From positions 88,228,001 to 88,292,000 of the forward strand of contig NC_087436.1 of the NCBI RefSeq assembly GCF_036321535.1: 64,000 nt of DNA. Direction: 5' to 3'. Below are positions 13,598-26,139 of this stretch, piece after piece; within the stretch, counting starts at the first letter, position 1; each line of letters begins with the position of its first letter. Below the pieces are notes generated by a model, which was given only the letters and a program-made list of their open reading frames with translations, was not told the origin of the DNA and ran no database searches. This stretch comes from Camelus dromedarius (Eukaryota). The position numbers were made by a program, and so were the translations under genes.

Positions 13598-14357
13598 TGA
13601 GTGTTATCCATGCTAACTAGACATGCCGCATGCTCTCTAAAGACTTTGCTTTGCTCTCCTTTGGACAATGAAATGAAACAGCCAGATTCTGCCAAAGCGA
13701 AATGATTCAACAAATAAAAACAACTATTAAAAACCAGGCACTCTGTCTATCCCTACCAGTTCTGACAACTTGCTCATGTCTACCCTATTACCAGGTGGCT
13801 TTTGGTCCTGTAATATGTAAGAACAACTGCTCCATTATAATGGGTTTGAAAATCTGTTTGACTTATCCTGAGACAACTGAGAGTGTTCTAAACATTTAAA
13901 ATAAATTTGTGAAAATGCTATTTTTTTTTGTACTTTGTACAGATTTCTTTTTCTTTCTTTTTTTTTTTTTTTGATTTATAATGTATTAGTTTCTGGTATA
14001 CAGCATAGTGATTCAGTTATTTATATATATATATGTATACAAAGAATATGTATATGTGTGTGTGTATATATATATATTTTCATTACAGGTTACTACAAGC
14101 CATTGAATATAGTCCCCTGTGAAAATGCTTTATTTTTAACTTTGAGATTTTCTATTTATTTTATTGATTACTGATCAATTCATTTACTCTGACATTTAAT
14201 TAGAAAGTCTATCAAATTGACAATAGGATAAAGGATACTTCACATTTCTATGAACAAGAATGCCATCTTGTTCCGAGAAGTCAGTTCAGAGAAGCTGTAT
14301 TGTAAAGGCTTGAGGATATAGTTTGAGTTTTGGTGTTGTTACCTGAAGAAGTGACCC

Positions 14358-14869
14358 TGAGACAGGAGGGAAGGAGGCAGAGCATAACCATTAAAAGAAT
14401 GACACAGTAATTAGCACCAAGATGGTGGAAGATTCAACTCCCAGTAGACCTTGAGCTTCATTGTAGGCTCATTGTAATACAGTAGCTGCTAAATGGCACT
14501 CTCCCAGGTACCATGGCAGTTCTGAAGCTGGCCATAAAAGGTCAAAAAATGGACAGTGGCCCAGTTCCTGGGAATCCCAACCCCTTCCCCAAGTAGTTGG
14601 AATAATCCTCCCACGTTAGCATATGAAATAACCAAGCTCATAAAAACTAACAACCCAGCATCTTGTGGCCTTTCCCATGCTTTTGGAGAAGGCCCACATT
14701 CTGTCTATGGAGAGTGCATCTCTCTGAATAAACCTTTGCTCAACTATGACTCACTCTTGAATTCTTTCCTGCGAGAAGCCAAGGACCTTCACTTAATGGA
14801 ACATGTCCCAGGGACTTGCCTGGGACCTGGGCCATGGCCATCCTCTCACGCCCCATGTTTCCTGTATTA
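14358..14869 (+). mobile_element. Solo ERV1-type LTR (MER41-like architecture)
   Basis: Begins TGAGACAGG; aataaacctttgc then tcactcttgaattctttcctgcgagaagccaagga, typical R/U5 text. Confidence 0.7.
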
Positions 14870-15344
14870 ATCCCTTTATGTAAAACATGTCTGAAAAGTG
14901 GCTTGTTTCTCTCAGGGGAGGGAGACCATAGCTGGGATTTGCTGCTAGACAATGTGGTAGTTTAATTACAGTTAATCCCTTAGTGAGATAGTAGCATTTG
15001 AGTGTGATTGGAAAAAAAACTGAAATAACCGAGGATGTGAACTTAATTAAGAGTTCCTCACTCTACAAAAATTGCACATACCACAGATCCTGGCACATAG
15101 AAGGTGCTGAATAATAATTTGTTGAACAAATATGTATCTCTCTTCTAATTCTTTCCTGACTCTGAGATTTAGAAAATTTCAAAATCACATTCTCTCCTTC
15201 TCAAATATTAGCCACTTTTGTCTTCTCATGGAAACTCAGATTGCCTTTTGCGGTTTTATAAGAAAGAAACCTATGACTCAATGACAATTAGTTGCTGTGC
15301 TTCAGATTATAGTGGAAACATCTTGGATTTAAAAGTAAAAGTAA

Positions 15345-17835
15345 GAATATCCATTTATATAACATTGTAAACTGATTACAACTCAATAAAATTAAAAAAA
15401 AATCCATTTATGATAAAAACCCTCAACGAAGTGGGTATAGAAGGAACGTACCTCAACACAAGCAAGGCCATGTAGAACAAGCCCACCGCTAACGTACTCA
15501 AGAGTGGAGAGCTGAAAGCTTTTCCTCTACGCTCAGGAGCAAGACAAGGGTGCCCACTTCTGGCACTTTTATTTGACATATTATTGGAAGTCCTAGCCAG
15601 AGAAATGGGCAAGAAAAAAAGAAATAAAAGCCATTTAAATCAGAAAGGAAGAAGTAAAACTATTTGCAAATGATATGATATTACATATAGAAAACCCTAA
15701 CAACCACATCAAAAAACTGTTAGAACTAATAAACGAATTCAGTAAAGTTGCAGGATACAAAATCAATACAAAGAATCTGTAGTGTTTCTATACATTAATA
15801 GCAAACTAGCAGACATAGAAATTTTGGAAAACAATTCCACTTACAATTGCTTCAAAAAGAATAAAATACCTAGGAACAAATTTAACTGAGGTGAAAAACC
15901 TGTACATTGAACACTGTAAGAACTGATGAAAGAAACTGAACAAGATACAAATAAATGGAAAGATATTCTGCACTCATGGATTAGAAGAATTAATATTGTT
16001 AAAATGCCCACACTACCAAAGCAATCTACAGATTCAAAGCAATCCCTACCAAATTTCCAATGGCATTTTTCATAGAAATAGAACAATCCTAAAACTTGCA
16101 TGGAACCATAAAAGACCCGGACTAGCCAAACCAAGTTTGAGAAAGAAAAACATAGCTGGAGGCATCATATTCCCTGGTTTCAAACAATATTACAAAACTA
16201 TGGTAGTCAAAACACTATAGCATTGGCATAAAAACAGACACATAGGTCAATGGCACAGAATAGAAAACTCTGAAAAAAACTCACACATATATGGTCTATT
16301 AATTTACAACAAAGTATCCAAAAATATACAATGGGGAAAGACAGTCTCTTCAATAAATACTGTTGGGAAAAGTGAACAGTCACATGCAAAAGAGTGAAAC
16401 TGGATCACTATCTTACACCATATACAAGAATTAACTCAAAATAGATCAAAGATTTGAACATGACCTGAAACCATAACACTCTATAAGAAAACATACACCA
16501 CAAACTCATTGACATCAGTCTTGGTGATGATTTTTTTGGATTTCACACACACACATCCAACCCTCATCAAACTAAAAAGCTTCTGCACAGCAAAAGAAGC
16601 CGCCAATAAAATGAATAGGCAACCTACCAAATGGGAGGAAATCTTTGCAAATTATGTATCTGATAATGAGTTAATATCCAAAATATAAAGAAGTCATACA
16701 ACTCGATAGCAAAAAAACCAAACAATTCTATTTAAAAATGCGCAGAGGATCTAAATAGACATTTTTCCAAAGAAGACATACAGATGGACAACAGGCACAT
16801 GAAAAGATACTAAAAATCAAAAATAAATAGGGAAATGCAAATCAAAACCACAGTAAGATATCACCTCCCACCTGTTAAAATGGCTATTCTCAAACAGACT
16901 AGAAATAACAAGTGTTGACAAGGATGTGGAGAGAAGGGAACCCTTGAACACTGTTGATGGGAATGTAAATTGATGCAGCCATTATGGAAAATTAAAAACA
17001 GAACTACTGTATGATCCAGTAATTTCACTTCCGGTTATTTGTCTGAATGAAACAAAAACATTAACTTGAAAAGATATCTGCAACCTCATGTTCACTGCAG
17101 CATTATTTACAATAGCCTAGCTATGGAAGCAACCTGTCCATTGCTGGATGAATAGATAAAGAAAATGTGGTACATTTAAAAAATATATGTAAAAATTAAA
17201 AAAATAAAAGTAAACTGAATATACTTCAGTAAAAATACACATATATATATAAATAAAATAAAATGTGTTATATATACACAATGGACATAAAAAGGAAGGA
17301 AATCTTGTCATTTGCAAATAGCTAGATGGACCTTGAGAGCATTATGCCAAGTGAAATAAGTCAGAGAAAGACAAATACTGCATGATCGCACTTATACATG
17401 GAATCTAAAGCAAAACAAAACAAACTCAAACAAGCAAACAAACAAATGGAGATCATGGTTACAGAGATTGCTGGTTACAGGAGGTGGGGAGGAGGGTGGA
17501 TGGGGGTGTGGGAGGTGGGTGAAATGAGTGAAGGGAGTCAAAGAGTACAAACTGCCAGCTATAAAGTAAGTAAGTCATAGGGATGTAATGTACAACATGG
17601 GGACTATAGTCAATAATGCTGTACTGTATATTTGAAAGTTGCTGAGAGAGTAGATCTTAAAAGTTTTCTTCACAAGAAAAAGACTTTGCAACTATGAGAC
17701 GTGATGGATGTTACCTAGACTTATTGTGATGATCACTTTGCAAAATATACAAATATCAAAAAACCATTATGTCGTAAACCTGAAATGAATATAATGTCAT
17801 ATGTCAGTTATATCGAAATAAAAATAAAAATAAAT
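15345..17835 (+). mobile_element. 5'-truncated LINE-1 (ORF2 RT and C-terminal part plus 3'UTR), degenerate
   Basis: L1 ORF2 text (ggagcaagacaagggtgcccact, gcaggatacaaaatcaat, aaatggaaagatattc), G-rich 3'UTR and A-rich tail at ~17816-17835. Confidence 0.92.
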
Positions 17836-17870
17836 CAAAGAGAAAGTTAGTGTTAAAATAAAGAAGTCTT

Positions 17871-18125
17871 CCGGCCGCACACACCGCAGTGCACGGGGCA
17901 ACCTGGTCGGCAGGCAGCACGGGGAAGCGGCGAACTAGGGCGAGCGGGCCACAGAGCGCGCGGCGCCGATGCCTACCTACCTTCAGCTGGGAGGAGATTC
18001 AGGAGCACAAGCTGCGCCCGGACAAGTGGCTCGTCATCCACCGCAAGGTCTGCAACTTCACCAAGTGGTCTAGCCGGCACCGTGGCACCGGGTCATCGCG
18101 CACTACGCAGAGGACGATGCGACTG
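17871..18125 (+). pseudogene. FADS2: FADS2 (delta-6 desaturase) exon 1-like pseudogene fragment, unspliced
   Basis: Translates PTFSWEEIQEHKLRPDKWLVIHRKVCNFTKWSSRH, and after a frameshift RVIAHYAEDDAT, matching the FADS2 cytochrome b5 N-terminus. The start codon is ACG (17919-17921, in ggcaggcagcACGgggaag). Also TAG at 17936-17938, a CTAC duplication at 17973-17980, a broken HPGG motif and a donor degraded to gctaag. Confidence 0.9.
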
Positions 18126-18860
18126 CTAAGAGTCTGGGGTCTCTCCCGCCACTCTTCTCTGCTGCAGGCGGGAGTCAGGGCCATGGGTTCCAGAGCGCCG
18201 GACAAGACCTCCCGCGCTGAGTGGAGTTTGGGGCGTCCTGGAGGGGAGGAAAGTGTCTGCTGCGCTCACCCGCCGCCCGAAAGTCTCATCCTCCGGGTCT
18301 GCGGGGCCCACGTGCGGTGGGGGTCGGCTTTGGAGCCCGGGAGGCGGATCCGAGCGGTGGAGAAGCGTGCAGGATCTGCGGCTCGCAGTGGGACCCGTGC
18401 TTCCCCCCCTTCCTCGGGGCTCTCCGGAGCAGGGACTCCCCAAAGTGGGCGCTGAGGCCCTAGAGCTTTGGCGCCTCGGAACGAGGAAGATGGTCGTCCC
18501 CCTGCGGCGGAGAGGAGCGGGAGGAGCCGGAGACCAGCCACGTGCGGGATTCGGCGCAGTCCGCACCCTCCAGCCGGACGCGGGGGCGGGGAAGGAGAGC
18601 TCTTCCAGGCCAGGACTCGCTCCCGCTTGAATTTCAGTCTCAGAGGCTCCGCAACGGCTGCCTAGGACGCACCGCCAGGTGGCTCCTGTTCCCATGCCCT
18701 CCAAAACTACCACGACCCACCGCAAGGGTCGGCCCAGGTGGGAACTGGTGTGAAAACAAAGGCTGGAGCTTGCAAAACCCAGGTGGAGAGGGAGCTTGAG
18801 ACGGGACGATTTAGCAGCACGAGGCTGGCTTGGCAACAGGCCCGGCTGCCCGCGAGGTTA
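17871..18860. promoter_or_regulatory. CpG island carried by the FADS2 exon 1/intron 1 copy
   Basis: Abrupt switch at 17871 from A/T-rich sequence to about 1 kb of GC-rich, CpG-dense sequence; the only such stretch in the window. Confidence 0.8.
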
Positions 18861-20568
18861 CTCTGGGACTTCAACTCAATGATCCTCTGTTTCTAAATTC
18901 GGCCAGGAATGCACTTCCCTCATCTTGCCCTCCTAAAGATACTGGGGCTCTGGAGTCTCCCTGGAGCCGGGACTGCCCATCTTACTCATCTTCATGCACC
19001 AAAGTTACAGCTTGGTGATGACACAGCACCCCCATCGCGCCCTCTTACCCCCCAATCCGAGATCCTTGCATTTTTTTTTAAGGTGCAGCTGGATCCCAGT
19101 GGACTCAAATGGGTGAGAGGGAAAAGAGGCAGGGAGGGACGGAAGGGGCCTTTCGGTGGCAGTGTGCTGGAAGCAGCAAGTCTGGGATGGAGAATTTGGG
19201 AAAGGTGAATGGGGGTGGGGGGTGGGAATCAGCTTCTCAGAGCTCATCCCACCTGGACGTCTGGCAGGCTGACCTGCTTGGGCTTTTGCAGTCCAAGCTG
19301 TATGGGCCCCTGTCAGCTGGTGGTACTCTTGATCCCACTACGTCTTCTGTCTCATTAGGACTGGTATAACCAAGGGGTGGGGGTTAGACCAGGCAGCTGT
19401 AATCTAAGCTGTTCCTTAGCTCCCTGCTCTGGTGAGCGAGGGGTCAGTGATGGCACCTACAGTTCTTGGCCCAATCCGTTTTATCTGCTTGTGAACAGGG
19501 CTTGAGCCCTTGGGGCTAAGATACTGATTGTTTTAAGTGGGTATAAGATTTTCAAGTACCATCAGTGTGTTATCTCACTGGGCCCTTTCCACAGCTCTGT
19601 GAGGAGGCGGGGTAAGAGTGATTCCCAAGTAAAAGACCTGACTCCTGGTTGGGGTCTTTCCACTATTCCATGTTGCTGGAGTTGTGCTAGCCTGTTCATG
19701 ATTTCACAGGTAAATTCTAAAGGCTTCTGCCCTGGTTGGGCCTTCACCAAAAAGCTTCCTAGAAGGAAAAGTCAGATCCAATAGACTGATTTGATTATTC
19801 TGTAGGCTTAAACATATTTTTTATGTGACAAGGTATTTCATAAACTGTAAGCACTAGATAAATGCAGCACAGTGTTATCAGACAAGTGAGAGTAAGAATG
19901 AGGATTATGTAACAGCTAGAATGTAAAGCAAGCAGAGGAATTTGGAGGAAAAAAATTTTAATCTAGGCCAGCTGTTTGGTGTAACAAGACATAAAGACTG
20001 TCCCTATGCCCACAGCTTACTGCCTTCCAAGACAAAACTTTCCGAGCATGAAATGCACTAACTGGGGATATAGTTGAATAACAGAGGAAGCAACTGTTTA
20101 GTCTCTCTCTCTCCCTTTACTGTTAGGGACCAGGTTGGAAAAAGACCACGGGATGGGGACTTGAGAGAGGCAAGAACAGGCTAGGAATCAAGAGGCTCTT
20201 GAGCAGGTGGTTTTGCCCTTGGGGCATGGGCTTCTTCCTCAGTTTGGGGAGTGAGAGGTACTTATGGGTCAGTGAAGTTTGGGGAGGACTAATCAGCAGA
20301 TAGAGATCAGATCCCCAGGGAGGACTTGAATGCACAGGTAGGAGCCACTCGCAATGCAGTGATATCCCCATCCTCGCAGGAGGCTGGAAGTCAAGGGTGC
20401 CAGATAATCCGGGGCCTCAATAGGGGATTTTCCTGTTACTGAAGGAAAGAAGACCTCAGAAGTCAGGACAGCCTCCACCACAGAAGGACTTCCTGGCGAA
20501 GGGCAAGGGCAATTTTCACTTGGTCCTTCTATAGAGGGTAGAAGTTGGCATAAAAACTTACCCAGCTC

Positions 20569-20615
20569 AAAAAACAAACAAACAAACAAACAAACAAACA
20601 AACAAACAAACAAAC
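20569..20615 (+). repeat. (CAAA)n microsatellite
   Basis: About ten perfect CAAA units after an A run. Confidence 0.95.
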
Positions 20616-21249
20616 TCTGCTCTGCCTGGCTTGGTGGCCTCTACAAGGAAATAACCTACAGGTACCTCCTTTTATCTAGAAGATGTTTGATGTGTAAATA
20701 CTCTAAGTAGCTGCTGGCCAAGTTACCAATTCTCAAAAATAGCTTTCCCCTCCCCCCTAACTTTGTGAAACGTGTATTAAGAGGATGTCCACACAGAAAA
20801 TCAAGTTTTCTAATTAAAACTTTTTTCATGTTAGTTAAAAGGAATCAAGACAAAGAGACTTCCTATAGCAAAACTACTTGTAAGGAATTTTAACAGATTC
20901 TGCTTATACTTAGTCTTTATTATAAATCAATATATATAACTTATTTATAAAATTTTATTAGAAGTGATAATATAACTTTTTTCTCAGTCCACAGCTTAGG
21001 GCTATGCAGAATAAGTTAAACCTACAGAAGCCTTTCTGGCTCGCTGAATAGGTGGAAAATTTTAATATTTAGGTTAAAAATATAAATATGTATTTTTCAC
21101 TTATGTTCACCTTACTTCTTTCTAAGAGAACAGTTATATTATAAAATAAAAATACAATCAGTGCTCCGGAAAGGAAGAGGAAGCAAATATGCCACATGAG
21201 ATTTCTTCTATTTTCTTCAGCCTTATGATGTTTTCCAGTCTAATAAAAA

Positions 21250-21897
21250 CTTGTGTTTTTGCACAGCTAAGGATACATCCACAAAACAAAAAGACAACCT
21301 ACAGAATGAAAGAAAATATTTGCAAATGATGTGACTGACAAGGGACTAATTTCCAAAATATACAAACAGCTCATACACCTTAATATATAACAACAACAAA
21401 AACAAGCAAACCAATCAAAAAAAAAAGGGCAGAAGACCTAAATAGACATCTCTGCAAATATGACATACAGATGCCCAACAAGCACATGAAAAGATGCTCA
21501 ACATCACTAATTACTAGAGAAATGCAAATCAAAACTACAAGGAACTACACCAAATTAAAACTACAATCACCTCACAGCAGTCAGAATGGCCATCATTAAA
21601 AAGTCTACAAATGATAAATGCTGTAGAGGGTGTGGAGAAAAAGGAACCTTCCTACACTGTTGGTGGCAATGTAGTTTGGTGCAGCCACTATGGAAGACAG
21701 TGTGAAGGTTCCTTAACAAACTAAAAATAGACTTACCGTATGATCCAGCAATCCCACTCCTGGGCATATATCTGGAGAAAAATATAATTCAAAAAGACAC
21801 ATGCACCCCAATGTTCACAGCAGCACTATTTACAATAGTCAAGACATGGAAACAACCCAAATGCCCATCAGTAGATGACTAGATAAAGCAGCTGTGG

Positions 21898-21931
<34 letters not shown>

Positions 21932-22370
21932 TATATATACATATATGTACAGACATACACACATAATGGAATACTACTCAGCCATAAAAAAGAATAAAAT
22001 AATGCCATTTGCAGCTACATGGATGGACCTGGAGATTGTCGTTTTAAGTGAAGTCAGAAAGAGAAAGAAAAATGCCAAGTATCACTCGTATGTGGTATCT
22101 TAAAAAAAGGACACACATGAACTTATCTACAAAACATCAACAGACTCACAGAGAACAAACTTATGGTTACTAGGAGGTAAAGTGGATGGGAAGGGATAAA
22201 TTGGGAATCGGAAAATTGCACCTCTTGGGGAGTAATGTAAATGTTAGCTATCTTGATTGTGGTGGTGGTTTCATTGGTGTATACATCTATCAAAATTCAT
22301 CAAATTGTACATCTGATATATGTGTACTTTACTGTACAGGAACCATACCATACCTAATAAAAGTGTTAAA
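21250..22370 (+). mobile_element. LINE-1 3' fragment(s) with internal (TA)n(CA)n tract at ~21899-21963
   Basis: aaagacaacctacagaatg, cacatgaaaagatgctcaacatcact, ggaatactactcagccataaaaaagaat. Confidence 0.88.
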
Positions 22371-22869
22371 AAATTCCTATGTTGATGTAAACAACCTTAC
22401 ATTTATTTTGGACCAAGTAAGGATATAAAAAAATAAATTCAGTTACTACAATTAAGCATCATATATAGATCTACATTTCTGGCAACAGGGAAAAAGTGCA
22501 AACATGATAAAGCACAAAGGTCTTGTAATCAAGAGGGGACTCATTTTTGGGGTTCTCCTTTCATAGGTTTTCCCTCAGTTTCCTCTGGTTTAACCTATCA
22601 GAGAAGCCACTATGACAGCTCTGCTGGGTGCCCTCTCTGAGCTCAGGGCCAAGGGATGAAAGAGGGGGAAAATGGAAAATTCACCCCTGTATGGGTCTCT
22701 TCTCCGTTTAACTCTCCTCCCAACCCACCTGCTTTTGTTTATTTTTCAGTGTCCTCAGGTAGTTGCCTTTTGCATCTTGTCCAAAATTTTTAGTTCTAAG
22801 TGGGAGAGAAAGGCTTTTGAGGGATTAAGCCATCTTGATTATCCCTCAAGTCGAAATCTGCATTATTTT

Positions 22870-23345
22870 TAAGAGACCTAAACTGGAAACAACCCAACTG
22901 TCCTTCAACATTACATGAGAATGGACAAACTGATATATTTATACAGTGGCATATAATATGGCAACAAGAGTGAACAAACTACAGTGACATCAGCAACATG
23001 GGTGTATCTCATATTATCTTTATTGTTTGTTTAGTGCCTGAGTCTGAGAGAAACACCACTTCGAGGCTTTAATCAAAATAAGATAGGGAGGAAAAAATTA
23101 CAAAGTGTCTGGTTTAATGTTTAGTTTAAGCAAAACTAAATTATAATATTGGAAGGCCGGTCAGGATAGCTGTTATCTTTGAAGAGGAGGAAGGGCGTGT
23201 GGTTGGCAGGTGGCATCAGGAAAGCTCTTTGCTGTGCTCTGAACGGTAATTCTTGCCTGCATGGTGGTTACACATGTCCTCACTATAATTCACTCAGCTG
23301 AACGTTTTGTACACTTTACATATTTTATGTATCAATCTAAAAAAA
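22870..23345 (+). mobile_element. Old L1ME-type 3' fragments
   Basis: aaactggaaacaacccaactgtccttcaaca...gtggttacacatg...tgtacacttt. Confidence 0.55.
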
Positions 23346-24546
23346 CACTTGAAAAATTAACCCTTCCTTCTGCAGGCACACGACAGTCTGAGCTTCTGTC
23401 AGACCTTACTGACCTATTATTAAAGGAAACTTATAAGGATACAGTTGCTTTGTGGAATTCAAGGACAGGAATGATACTGGGCTGTATGAATAATTGAGCC
23501 TAGGGCTCCAAAACTATCAGAATCTTCCCTCTCAGTACAAATGTTTTCTCCAGGAAAACATGGCTACTGACATGAAGCAAGCATTTTATACAATATGCAC
23601 TGAGACTTTTGGGGCACGTACCTGTTTTGTTTGCCCAAGACTAGGTCCACTTACTGGGTGTAACACCACTTTCAGGGAAAATGGTCTTCCCTCACTCTAT
23701 CCATGATTTTCAAAGCATGTACATGGTTTTACTTAACCCCAATCACCTGCCACAGTCAGTTAGCCTAGTTACAGGCACCTAACCTGTGCTGGGACCCCTA
23801 TTCCCAGAATTTCCATTCTTGGGACCAGAGTTCTATTTTTAAACAGACATGCTTGGGGTAGAGTGCAGAAATTTGTTTTAGCAGCCTGTCAGGGGATTCT
23901 CTGGTCTCAGAACTCAATCTAGACTATCTTGATTCTTTAATTGGTTGTGCCTATTTCTTCAGAGGTACTTTGTTTTGAAACTATTCAACCAATACTGTCC
24001 ATTCATGGCTTGGTAGACTTGGGGGAGTGCTGGTGTCAGTAAAAGATAATATATAAAGAACAGTGAGAATATAGGTTTGATAAAGTTTTAGATATCTGTA
24101 TACTCTTTCTGGAGTTTTTTATTTCTTCCAGCAGACTTCATCTAAATGATGGTAGTCTTCAGTGACCTTAGAGTTAAGAAAAAGTTACACTATCAATCAT
24201 GAATATGATCCCAATTTCATTAGGGGGGGAAAAAAGACAATATCCTCAAATTTAAGTGGCTGATTACCTATGGAATTAAGTGCTTTTACTTCTTTATAAT
24301 TTACTCTATTTCTCTAGTTTTCTATAATAAATGTGATTTTTCATAATAAAAACTAACTGATGTTATAAAGATACAATGTACTGTTTTAAATCAAGGAGTA
24401 TCTACAATCAGGAATTGAGAAATGTGCCAAGCTTTCAATAAGCAGTTAGTGTACATCTCTGTTCAAAAGCAAACTCATCTCAGCATTATAAGTGAAAAAG
24501 TATTTTCTCATCTTAAACAGAAGACTTTTTACCCTTCCACGTAATT

Positions 24547-24950
24547 CAGGCTTCCCTCACTACTGAAAGCAGGAGCATTCCTATGAAACTCTTCCTAAGC
24601 TGAAATAGCATAAAGTGAAGCAGCAATTATCTGAGGACATGCCTTGCTGGATGCAAAAGAGAAAAAAAAAATCAAGATAAAACACAGATGCTCACATAGT
24701 TCTAAGCTATGGTGGCTAGATGCTAAGATGCTGAGTAGTTCCCAGTGACGGACTTGACAGGGAGGTGTGCACTGCCTCTATAACGGCTCTGTGCAAAGCG
24801 AACGCTGAACGCTAATTTCTGCCTTTGCCTTTTTTCATGAAAGCGAAAATCCTCCTCAGATTTCTTCTGGTTAGTAAAAACAGGTATTAATAGATCTTTC
24901 GTAAAAGTGAAGTGGCATACAGTGAACCTCCAAAATGCAGGAAATACCTG
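24547..24950. mobile_element. Tigger-like non-autonomous DNA transposon
   Basis: Imperfect terminal inverted repeats (caggcttccctcac / gcaggaaatacctg) followed by TA on the right. Confidence 0.55.
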
Positions 24951-26139
24951 TATTTCACAACCATGTTTAGGTCAGCATTTAAATATTTCCACAAGGTGGG
25001 ATTGTGAGATCCCAAGGTGAAATGTGGGATCACTTTCCCTTTTATATTTCTTGTTTTCAGTTTTTAAAAAAGTAATGAGTCTATTATTTTCAAAATCAAA
25101 AGAAATCAAGCTTTTCCCCCTCCTCTTTTTAAAGAGAAGGCATTATGGTTACCCAGTGTAAAGAACTGGTTTGAAATTGGCATGCAGTTAACAGTTTTAA
25201 CAGAGTTGTATTTAAGTAAACTCCATGAGGGAAATCTGTTCCATTTTCATACTAGTAACCAGAGGGTCCTTTAGTCTACTCAGACTTGTATTTGGGCCAT
25301 TCAAAGTATGCTAGTGGTTGCAACCCTGGCTTCATGCTCATGTGAAGACACTGTTCACTACCCCTCTCCAAGTTAGCTTCGCTATCATTTATTCTGCTTT
25401 AGTAATTCAAAGCTCAACTTTGATATAGCAAATAATTCACAAGAACCACCGTACAGGTTTTCCTGTTCCAATGGGTATATGACAAGTTTAAGCAAACTTT
25501 TCATTCATTAATTTACAAGTATAATGACATTTAATTTTAAACGGTTCTTAAAAGGTTTTATGTTGGCTTGGGAGAAAGTTCAAGCATGAAAGGGTCATTT
25601 CTCTGTAACTCGTTAGTGAGACTAACTGTAACATGGAGGATAGTCAAAAACACTTTCAAAAGGGATGTGGGGAAGTAAACAGTGTGCAATTCTTGATTTT
25701 TGATTTATCCATAAGTCAAAGATGCACACAATCAACTAAATAAATATTAATATTTGGTTTGAAAATGTATTAATTTTTCCTCCTGGATATTCATATAATG
25801 AGAGTTATGAACAGGCTTTTGCTTCTTTCACATATGCTAGCTTTTTCTAACTAGGTATTAATTCACAACAGGTTAAAAAGTTCCAAGAACATACCAATTT
25901 CGAGTAAACTATAAATTTATCCCAAATAATCAGGACAGAGAGAGTACAACATGATATATTCCAACCTCACGGAGATCAAGTCTGAAAGGGCAATATGATT
26001 TGGCTTTGTGTTAAAAAAAAAATTAACTGGGAATTTATTATAATCAATTACAGTCAACTGGCAGGAAGGGGGGCAGATCTTATCATACCCAGAAATTAAT
26101 AAAAACACTTGAAAAAAACAAATATAAATTTAATAATAA

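Noticed and set aside
15345..17870. FADS2 fragment as a 3' transduction of the adjacent L1
   Set aside because: It would require an L1 sitting inside the parental FADS2 5'UTR, and I found no TSD enclosing both. The L1 may have its own degenerate TSD (aaaagtaaaagtaag / aaagagaaagttag), so independent neighbouring insertions are more plausible.
17889..18455. 188-aa ORF containing FADS2-like residues, as a functional desaturase or novel fusion protein
   Set aside because: It starts at a GTG, only ~35 residues are in the FADS2 frame, HPGG is destroyed and the rest is translated intron. Long ORFs are expected by chance in GC-rich DNA; the same applies to the overlapping ORFs 18126..18836 and 18253..18630.
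1..26000. Exons of a neighbouring gene such as SLC10A4, which follows SLAIN2 in human
   Set aside because: No transporter-like coding sequence was recognised in any frame; it probably lies outside the window.
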